Source: Minisyncoccota bacterium
Lineage (GTDB): Bacteria > Patescibacteriota > Minisyncoccia > Phycocordibacterales > Phycocordibacteraceae
Assembly (NCBI GenBank): GCA_035548315.1
Contig: DASZTF010000044.1
Span: forward strand, 31,484-95,483
Direction of reading: 5' to 3'
Length of the DNA: 64,000 nucleotides
Each line of letters starts with the position of its first letter. Position 1 is the first letter of the stretch. Position numbers and translations under genes: made by a program. Below, in pieces: positions 57,101-64,000 of the stretch. The notes below the pieces were generated by a model. It ran no database searches, was not told the DNA's origin, and was given only the letters and a program-made list of their open reading frames with translations.

Positions 57101-57649
57101 ATGCGCCCCGTGATACGACTATTCCTCCCGGTCGCGTTCGGTCTCACCGCACTTCTCGGGGTTACCTATATAAATGAGCAGCAGCTTTTGCGTGGGGGAG
57201 CGAACGAGCCGCAGTTCGGCATGGCCCACGATATGGCCGATGCGCTTGCGGCGTCACCCGCGGCGACCACGACCGGTGCTACGGTCGCGATAGAGTCTGA
57301 CCTTTCGCCCTACACGGTCGTGTACGACTCGTATGGGAATCCCATCGGCGGCACGGGGCTTCTCCACGGCGCCCTCCCCGATATTCCCTCCGGTATTTTC
57401 GACGTGATTCGCAGCAAGGGGCAGCCGGACATGCTCACCTGGCAGCCGGAAGCAGGGGTGCGCCAAGCGATCGTGGTCGTCCCGGTGAACGGGGGATCAG
57501 GCGGTTTCGTGATGGCGGGCCGCTCGCTCGCGTATGTCGAGCAGGAAGAAAGCCGTCTTACACTGCGCACAGCGATCGGGTGGGTAGTCACCCTGCTTGT
57601 CGCGCTCCTCGGCGCAGCTATCGCGGCGCGCATAGAGCCGAAGCGCTAA
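57101..57649 (+). CDS. Two-TM protein with an extracytoplasmic sensor-like (PDC/Cache-like) domain and no output domain
   Basis: TM, about 120 aa (VVYD..G.PI...TWQP..GVR......GGFV.AGRSL..VE), TM, stop. Confidence 0.65.
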   Translation: MRPVIRLFLPVAFGLTALLGVTYINEQQLLRGGANEPQFGMAHDMADALAASPAATTTGATVAIESDLSPYTVVYDSYGNPIGGTGLLHGALPDIPSGIFDVIRSKGQPDMLTWQPEAGVRQAIVVVPVNGGSGGFVMAGRSLAYVEQEESRLTLRTAIGWVVTLLVALLGAAIAARIEPKR

Positions 57650-57693
57650 TACATGAAGGCCGCGACGTGCGGCCTTCAGTCATTTCGTATTAC

Positions 57694-58338
57694 CTAGGTG
57701 GTGATGCTGCCCCAGACCGATTCCGGATAGTCATCCGGGTCGCGTCCGTCCCAGCCCATCTCACCCGAAAAGATCATCTCGATTACATGCGGCAGCCACC
57801 GGTGCTCGATCTGCTGTGTGCGCGTGCGCAGCAGTTCCGGCGTATCGTCCGCATCGATGGTGATCCGTTTGCTAAACAGCGTAGGACCCTTGTCGATCTC
57901 CGCCGTAGCGTAGTGGATGTTGAGCGATGACTGCAGGTAGCGCGCCGTGATCAGCCACTCATAGATCGCTCGATCGTAGAGCCCGTTGGTCGCAGGACGC
58001 GGCCCCGGGTGCGGGTTGATCGTGCGGTACGGCACGTGCCCGCGGATGATCTTGTTCCACCCGCAGAGCACGACGAGGTCGCGCTCGGGGTCGAAGGCGG
58101 CGAAGCGCTCGAACGTCGCATGGTAGTCGGCTGCCGTGTATCCACCGGTATGGTGGAAAAACGGAATGTCGTACTCTTCCGCGAGTTTTTCTGCGCCACC
58201 GCCGGCGATGTTGCTCACAATGCCGCAGACGGCGATGCCCTTTCCAGGCTGTAGGTGCAGCGCCTCGACGACACTGCGTGCTCCCGTTGCGCCCCCGGCG
58301 GGCGTACCGGTTGCAAACAGAAGTACTTGGTTTTGCAT
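57694..58338 (-). CDS. Formyltransferase, PurN/GART-like
   Basis: LFATG...G.TG, VSN, LVVLCGW..I, INPHPG, IHY....IDKGP (catalytic Asn, His, Asp), EH; start placed at MQNQVL. Confidence 0.8.
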   Translation of the reverse strand: MQNQVLLFATGTPAGGATGARSVVEALHLQPGKGIAVCGIVSNIAGGGAEKLAEEYDIPFFHHTGGYTAADYHATFERFAAFDPERDLVVLCGWNKIIRGHVPYRTINPHPGPRPATNGLYDRAIYEWLITARYLQSSLNIHYATAEIDKGPTLFSKRITIDADDTPELLRTRTQQIEHRWLPHVIEMIFSGEMGWDGRDPDDYPESVWGSITT

Positions 58339-58419
58339 GGCTGGTATCCCGGTTGTTGGTCCGTTCCCATCGTGCGCGCTTTGGCGGATAGTGTCAATTC
58401 TCCGTGCTAGCATGCGAGT

Positions 58420-59787
58420 ATGGACGTGCTCACGTTCTCGCGTATTCAGTTTGGCGACACTGCCGCCTTCCACATCCTCTGGCCCCTTATGTCGATCGGG
58501 CTCGCGCTCTACCTCGCCATCATGGAAGGGATGTGGCTCTACACTAAGGACGAGTCCTACTATCGTCAGCTGCGCTTCTGGATAAAGATTTTCGTCCTCA
58601 CGTTCGCCATTGGAGTGGCGAGCGGGTTCCCGCTTTCGTTCCAGTTCGGTACCAATTGGGCAGCATTCTCCAATGCGGCGGGGAGCTTCTTCGGTAACAT
58701 TCTTGGCTTCGAGACCACGATCGCATTCACGCTTGAGACCGCGTCGCTCGGCATACTCCTTTTCGGCTGGAAGCGCGTACCCCGCGCGGTGCACTTTATT
58801 GCGAATCTCTTCGTCCTCATCGGCGCGTCGCTCTCAGGGTTCTGGATCGTCGCAGCTAATTCTTGGATGCAGGTACCGCACGGCGTCGCGTTCGTGGAAG
58901 GGAAGTTTGTCGTCACCGATTATCTGGCTGCGATCTTTAACCCCGATACGCTCGTGTCGTTCGCCCATATGTGGCTCGCGTGCATCGTGGCGACGATGTT
59001 TCTGGTCGCGGGTATCTCCGCCGCAGTGTTGCTTACGAAAAACGCCGCAGATGCCACGCGCGCGTTCTTTCTCCATTCGCTCCGGTACGCGCTTATGCTC
59101 ATTATCATCACGACGCCGGTCCAAATGGTCGTGGGCGATATGTTTGGCGGTATCCTCGAGGCGAATCAGCCTGCAAAACTCGCCGCATACGAACTGCACT
59201 GGAATACGAATCCGCCTGGTACGGGCGCGTCGCTCAATCTGTTCGCGTGGCCGCGAGCGGATGGGGGAGGGAACGTATTCCAGATCTCCGTCCCGAATCT
59301 CCTTTCGTATATTGTCGTGCACACGCCGGATGGCGAGGTCAAGGGACTCAATGATTTCCCCCCGCTTGATCGCCCGAGCGTCGTGGATGCGATTATCACG
59401 TTCCTGTCCTTCCGCGTCATGGTGGGACTCGGCGTGGTGATGTTCTTCATCGCGGTGTGGGGAATCGTCTTGTGGCGGCGCGGCGTACTTACCCTCCCGG
59501 CAATCCTTTCGCGCCGCTGGTTCTTGCGCGTGCTCGTGGCCGCTATCCCCGCAGGATTTATCGCCACCGAAGCAGGGTGGATGGTGCGCGAGATCGGCCG
59601 GCAGCCCTGGGTGGTCTACGGCATGATGCGCACGACCGACGCACTCTCCTCGAACCTCGCACTGCCGCAGGTGGGCACGAGTCTCATTGGACTTTCGGTG
59701 ATTTACGCTGCGCTCGCGGTCGCCTTTGTCGTCTTTGTGGTGCGTATCGTGCGACGAGGTCCTGATCTCACCACTCCCATACCATGA
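58420..59787 (+). CDS. cydA: Cytochrome bd ubiquinol oxidase subunit I (short Q-loop)
   Basis: SRIQF...FH, FQFGTNW, E...AF.LE, NSWMQ.P, HM, QPAKLAA.E, FRVMVG, GW...EIGRQPW. Confidence 0.96.
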   Translation: MDVLTFSRIQFGDTAAFHILWPLMSIGLALYLAIMEGMWLYTKDESYYRQLRFWIKIFVLTFAIGVASGFPLSFQFGTNWAAFSNAAGSFFGNILGFETTIAFTLETASLGILLFGWKRVPRAVHFIANLFVLIGASLSGFWIVAANSWMQVPHGVAFVEGKFVVTDYLAAIFNPDTLVSFAHMWLACIVATMFLVAGISAAVLLTKNAADATRAFFLHSLRYALMLIIITTPVQMVVGDMFGGILEANQPAKLAAYELHWNTNPPGTGASLNLFAWPRADGGGNVFQISVPNLLSYIVVHTPDGEVKGLNDFPPLDRPSVVDAIITFLSFRVMVGLGVVMFFIAVWGIVLWRRGVLTLPAILSRRWFLRVLVAAIPAGFIATEAGWMVREIGRQPWVVYGMMRTTDALSSNLALPQVGTSLIGLSVIYAALAVAFVVFVVRIVRRGPDLTTPIP

Positions 59788-60794
59788 TTACGCTCCCGAT
59801 CATCTGGTACCTCATCATCTGTCTCGAGCTCGCACTCTACGTGCTCCTCGATGGCGCTAACCTCGGTGTGGGTATCGTCTCGCTTTTCCCGCAGCAAGAA
59901 TCAAAGCGCGCGAGCATGCTCACTATCCTCGGGCCGATCTGGAATGCGAACGAGACCTGGCTCCTCGTCGCTGCGGGCACCCTCTTCGGGGCGTTCCCGG
60001 CGGTGTACAGTATCGGCCTCAACGCACTCTACCTGCCGGGTGTGATCATCCTCATCGGCCTCATCCTGCGTGCGGTGTCGTTTGAATTCCATGCCTTCTC
60101 CGTCCACAAGCGTCCCTGGAGCTTTGCGTTTGGACTCGGGAGCCTTATCACCGCGATAGGGCACGGCGCGGCGCTCGGCGGGCTCCTCTCCGGCATCGCC
60201 GTCGTCGATGGTCACTTTGCGGGTGGGCCGCTGTCGTGGGCCACGCCGCTCACCGGCATTATCATCGTGGGCGTGGTCGCGAGCTATCTCGTACTCGGGT
60301 ATGCGTACCTCATCCGTCGCATGGCATACGAGAATCAGCACGAGACATTCTCGCGACTCCTCACCACGGTGGGCATCACGTTCGTCGCGCTCGCCATCGC
60401 GACGCTATTTCTACCGGTACAGAATTTCCTCTTCTTCACGCGGTGGGTAGAGCCGCCATCGATGTATTACCTCACCGCAATTGCGGTCGGCATAGTAATC
60501 GCGAGCGCATTCCTTTTGCACGCGGTAATCCGTCACCGCCATGCCGAGCGCCTGTATCCGCTCGCGCTCATCATATTTGGGCTCGGGTTCGTCGGGATGC
60601 TCGTCGGCACCTATCCCTACCTCATGCCGCCCTCGATCACGCTTTTTGATGCAGCGTCTCCCCATAACACGCTCGTGTTCATGCTCTGGGGCATCGGGCC
60701 CATTCTCCCGATCGTGCTCCTCTACAATATCTACCTCTCGCGCGTATTCCGCTCGGATGCGCACGAAGTCCGCGCGAACGCGTACGATATCTAG
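59784..60794 (+). CDS. cydB: Cytochrome bd ubiquinol oxidase subunit II
   Basis: LDG..LGVG, GPIW..NETWL, FGAFP..Y, ILRAVSFEF, YPY..P..IT...AAS; ATGA overlap with cydA. Confidence 0.93.
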   Translation: MITLPIIWYLIICLELALYVLLDGANLGVGIVSLFPQQESKRASMLTILGPIWNANETWLLVAAGTLFGAFPAVYSIGLNALYLPGVIILIGLILRAVSFEFHAFSVHKRPWSFAFGLGSLITAIGHGAALGGLLSGIAVVDGHFAGGPLSWATPLTGIIIVGVVASYLVLGYAYLIRRMAYENQHETFSRLLTTVGITFVALAIATLFLPVQNFLFFTRWVEPPSMYYLTAIAVGIVIASAFLLHAVIRHRHAERLYPLALIIFGLGFVGMLVGTYPYLMPPSITLFDAASPHNTLVFMLWGIGPILPIVLLYNIYLSRVFRSDAHEVRANAYDI

Positions 60795-62476
60795 GACTTC
60801 GTGAGGAGCGAGCGCTCGATGTCTTCCATCGTGCCGCCAACTTTCTTGCCGGGGTTGAAAATATTCGCAGGGTCGAATATCTTCTTGGTTTCTTTAAATA
60901 GCTTCTCCATCTCGGGACCAAAGAGTTTGCCAATGTACGGCGTGCGGATAATGCCGTCGTTGTGCTCGCCGGTGGTGGTGCCGCCGTATTTGATGACGAG
61001 GTCGTACACTTTGGGGGCGAGTTCCATGATCACCTGACGCGTCTCGGGCTTCTTGAGGTCCATAAGCGGGATGATGTGGAAGTTGCCGTTCCCGATGTGG
61101 CCCGCGACCGTGTAGATCATGCGGTCTTTATACTGGTCGAGGAGCGCGTTGAGCTCGGGGAGAAACTGCGGATACGTTTCGGGCGGCACGACGAAGTCAT
61201 CGATGAAGGGTGACGCATAGAATCCGTGGAGATTCTTTCGGAGGAGCGCGAATGATTCGCGGCGGACGATCCAATACTTCTCGGATTCTTTCTCGTTCTT
61301 TTCGATCTTGGTCTGCACCGGCAGTCCTTCGAGCGCGGCCTTGGCTGCGACCGCCTTGCGGTCCGCCTCCTCGATCGTGTCTTCGGCGAATTCCGCCATG
61401 AGGACCAGTTTTGGCACGCCGCCCGTGAGCACCATTTCTGCTTCGGGGATGAAGTCGATCCCGAGTCGCGCGGCCTTCGCGAACCCCATTTGGGACAACA
61501 TCTCAGGCAAGAACTTCACCGCGAGCGTGAAGGTGTTGTCGTCGTAGCTCTCGAATGATTCGGGGTTCTGCGGAAGCACGCGCTTCACGATTTCTGGTAG
61601 GATCGCGAGGTCGGAGAGAAACACCACAAGCATCGCGCGGTGCTCTTTGGGCCGCACGAGGCGGAGCTTCGCCTCCGTCCAGAGTGCGAGCGTGCCCTGG
61701 CTTCCGCACACGAGCTTTGCGAGGTTGAAGGTCTTCTTTTCTTCGTCGATTACATTCCAGAGTGCGTAGCCGGCGGAATTTTTGGATACCTTTGGTTTGT
61801 GTGCACGGATAACCGCGGCATTCTCCGTGAGAAGGGCGTGCATCTTGCGGTAGATATCGCCTTCAAAATCCTGTTTCGCCATTTTCATCGCGAGCTCGGT
61901 GGGGGAGAGCGGTTTGAATCGGGCCTCCGAGCCATCGGAGAGGACCACCTCCAGTTCCTCGACGTACTTTTCCGTCTTGCCGTATTCGAGCGTGCGTTCA
62001 CCGCCGGAATTGTTCGCCACGATGCCGCCCATCGCGCAGAGCTCGCGCGAAGCGGGGTAGGAGGGGAGGATCAAGCGCTTCTCGAGCGTCTGCTTTTCAA
62101 AATCGCGGTAGTACACGCCGGGCTCGGTGACGGCGAACCCTTGCGTGTCGCTGTCGATCGGGATCTCGTCGGCCGCCACTTCCGCCACGTGGTTCATGTG
62201 CTTGGTGAACACGGCGACGACCGAGCTCGTGAGTGGTCCGCCCGACATGTCGGTGCCGGCCGAGCGCCCCGTGACACTCACGTCCGCGCCCGCTTCGCGG
62301 GCGCGCCGCACTTCTTTCACCAAATTACTCACGTCTTCCGCATCCTTCGGGTACACCACGATGCTCGGCGTACGGGTGAAGAGCGACGTGTCGCGGGAGT
62401 ACATCTGGCGCTCCGCGGCGTCATCGGTGACCTCTCCCTTCATCGCGCCTTTGAGCGCCCCCAAAAGATCTGCCAT
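60791..62476 (-). CDS. FAD-linked oxidase/dehydrogenase (GlcD / D-lactate dehydrogenase family)
   Basis: R.AGT.MSG, EPGV, GG.VANNSGG, GSQGTL, GHIGNGNFH, GEHNDG, FDP..IFNPGK; start placed at MADLL. Confidence 0.9.
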   Translation of the reverse strand: MADLLGALKGAMKGEVTDDAAERQMYSRDTSLFTRTPSIVVYPKDAEDVSNLVKEVRRAREAGADVSVTGRSAGTDMSGGPLTSSVVAVFTKHMNHVAEVAADEIPIDSDTQGFAVTEPGVYYRDFEKQTLEKRLILPSYPASRELCAMGGIVANNSGGERTLEYGKTEKYVEELEVVLSDGSEARFKPLSPTELAMKMAKQDFEGDIYRKMHALLTENAAVIRAHKPKVSKNSAGYALWNVIDEEKKTFNLAKLVCGSQGTLALWTEAKLRLVRPKEHRAMLVVFLSDLAILPEIVKRVLPQNPESFESYDDNTFTLAVKFLPEMLSQMGFAKAARLGIDFIPEAEMVLTGGVPKLVLMAEFAEDTIEEADRKAVAAKAALEGLPVQTKIEKNEKESEKYWIVRRESFALLRKNLHGFYASPFIDDFVVPPETYPQFLPELNALLDQYKDRMIYTVAGHIGNGNFHIIPLMDLKKPETRQVIMELAPKVYDLVIKYGGTTTGEHNDGIIRTPYIGKLFGPEMEKLFKETKKIFDPANIFNPGKKVGGTMEDIERSLLTKS

Positions 62477-62544
62477 GTGAGCAGTATAGCGTAGCTGTGG
62501 AGAGTGGTTTGCGTTTATGTGTTGGCGTGCTATACCGTAAGGGT

Positions 62545-62622
62545 ATGACGAATCGTGTGTATCGCATGCATAAGCGTTGGAACTTCCGCACCGCGGCGGG
62601 TTCTTCGTGCATGTGGAATTAG
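62545..62622 (+). CDS. Putative leader peptide MTNRVYRMHKRWNFRTAAGSSCMWN
   Basis: ATG 6 nt after a TACCGT box, with TTGCGT upstream; the ORF overlaps the antiterminator arm. Confidence 0.55.
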   Translation: MTNRVYRMHKRWNFRTAAGSSCMWN

Positions 62623-62676
62623 GCCTATCTATCCACACGAAACGAAAACCCGCCCCCTCAGGCGGGTTTTCGTTTA
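62595..62676 (+). promoter_or_regulatory. Transcription attenuator (antiterminator / terminator pair)
   Basis: Terminator aaacgaaaacccgcc-ccctca-ggcgggttttcgttt (62640-62675); upstream ggcgggttcttcgtg (62595-62609) can pair with the same 5' arm. Confidence 0.65.
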
Positions 62677-62691
62677 TCACACACCATACCT

Positions 62692-63117
62692 ATGACCATC
62701 ATCTTCGATTTCAATAGAACCCTCTACGATCCCGACACCGGGAGCCTCGTTCATGGTGCGCTCGAACTCCTTGCCGATCTTGCTGGCCAAGGCGCGGTGC
62801 TTCATTTGGTGTCTCGCATTGAGCCCGGCCGTACCGACATACTCGATGCACTGGATGTCAGAAATTATTTCACGACGATTGCATTCGTGTCTGATAAAAC
62901 CGCTCCGATCCGGACCATACTCGCCTCTGCGACGGACGATGCGTATGTGGTCGGAGACCACCTCCACGACGAGGTCCGCGCAGGTAATCGCTATGGAGCC
63001 AAGACCATCTGGCTCAAGCGCGGCAAGTTTAAGCACCTCATGCCGCTCACCGAGCACGATCGTCCCTGGCGTACCGCCACGGATATGCAGGAGGTACGTC
63101 GCGCGCTCTTCTCCTGA
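62692..63117 (+). CDS. HAD-superfamily hydrolase
   Basis: IIFDFNRTL (motif I), LVS, K, VVGD...DE..AG. Confidence 0.85.
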   Translation: MTIIFDFNRTLYDPDTGSLVHGALELLADLAGQGAVLHLVSRIEPGRTDILDALDVRNYFTTIAFVSDKTAPIRTILASATDDAYVVGDHLHDEVRAGNRYGAKTIWLKRGKFKHLMPLTEHDRPWRTATDMQEVRRALFS

Positions 63118-63127
63118 CATCGGTGCG

Positions 63128-63195
63128 CGCCCTGCTGGCGGGGTCTAGAAACCGCCAGCAGGGCGTCCATCCGGACGCCCTGGCGAAGTCGCCAG
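63128..63195. repeat. Chain of overlapping inverted repeats upstream of the last gene
   Basis: cgccctgctggcgg/ccgccagcagggcg (14 bp); cagggcgtcc/ggacgccctg; ctggcga/tcgccag. Confidence 0.8.
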
Positions 63196-63218
63196 TGCAC
63201 ATTCACAGGAGTTCTGTC

Positions 63219-64000
63219 ATGCATACACAGACATTCGATTCTGGTGTCGCGCGCACGCGCATCGCGGACTATCTCGTGGCAAGTGGATACTGGGGGGATG
63301 AGAGTCTGCGCCGTCGGCACGCCTACGTGCTCTCGCCGGCGGTCTATATGCTCTCACCCGAACAAGAACAGTCGCTGAGTCGCCTCGCACGCTATGCCTA
63401 CAACGCGGTGAAGACGCTCAACGGTCGGCTCGTGCACCTTGCCACGAGCGGCACGCATCTCTCGCACGATGAAGCGCGATTCGTGGGCCTTGCTAACGCC
63501 GGCTCGCGCTCGCTCTACACACCGGCAGATGGCGTCACGGATATCCCGCCCGTGCTCAAGGTGGATCTGGTCCAGGACGCGCAGGGTCGGTTCTTCATCG
63601 CGGAAGTGGACAGCTACAACCCGCGTGGGTTTGGGTTCGCGGCATTGCTTGAAGAAAGCATGCCGGAACTCTCGCTCATGCGGTATCCCGGGATGAAGGG
63701 ATTTGCCGAGCACATGAGTAGCACGCAAGAGTGGTGCGTCGTGGTCTCGGAATTCGAGCGTTATTACGAAGCACCGTTCCGGGTGCTCTGCAATTCCCTC
63801 GAACGGCACGGCAAGAAGATGACGATCCTGCGAGAGCACGAGCTTGGCACGGGCGGGCAGATACCGGAAGGAGCTGGCGTGCTCGCCATACCGGAAAGCC
63901 TCAACCGCTATCCGGTGGTACGCGAGAAGCTGCTCGCACATCACCGGCAGGGCACATGCGCGTTCCTCTATCCGCCGGTCGCGTACCTCGGGTCCAAAGC
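63219..64000 (+). CDS. Putative ATP-grasp-type amide ligase (GspS / circularly permuted ATP-grasp-like), truncated by window end
   Basis: Not in the ORF track. AGGAG SD, then MHTQTFDSG...VLKVDLVQD..GRFFIAEVDSYNPRGFG...YPP..YLGSK; open to the window end. Confidence 0.55.
   Translation, partial: MHTQTFDSGVARTRIADYLVASGYWGDESLRRRHAYVLSPAVYMLSPEQEQSLSRLARYAYNAVKTLNGRLVHLATSGTHLSHDEARFVGLANAGSRSLYTPADGVTDIPPVLKVDLVQDAQGRFFIAEVDSYNPRGFGFAALLEESMPELSLMRYPGMKGFAEHMSSTQEWCVVVSEFERYYEAPFRVLCNSLERHGKKMTILREHELGTGGQIPEGAGVLAIPESLNRYPVVREKLLAHHRQGTCAFLYPPVAYLGSK

Overview
A 64 kb, gene-dense window of mostly core chromosome. It most likely comes from a genome-reduced Patescibacteria/CPR (Parcubacteria-like) bacterium using genetic code 11. 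This is inferred from compact housekeeping proteins: single-chain PheRS, ThrRS without a TGS domain, short RpoB, miniature SMC and a NusB-Nudix fusion. Core genes are pheS, gyrB, thrS, dnaE, rnhB, rpmF, nusB, rnc, smc, gdhA, rnr, rpsP, khpA, trmD, rpoB, rpoC, dnaG, rpoD, hisS and prmC. Accessory blocks are: (i) a sortase locus whose IPYTG-motif substrate carries a large cytoplasmic tail ending in a domain resembling the clamp-loader (DnaX) collar; (ii) an 8 kb island of three modular surface proteins with apparently interchangeable C-terminal payloads, inserted between khpA and trmD; (iii) an ECF sigma / MacAB-like ABC operon; (iv) cytochrome bd oxidase cydAB next to an FAD-linked oxidase. Non-coding signals include a 6S-like rod RNA, two further stand-alone structured transcripts and a leader-peptide attenuator. 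About 20 genes, mostly core, have a -10 box 6-9 nt before the ATG (leaderless), whereas several small accessory genes carry Shine-Dalgarno sites. I saw no tRNA, rRNA, CRISPR array or transposase. All assignments are by-eye motif recognition; no database search was run. Several start codons were moved downstream of the supplied ORF starts.
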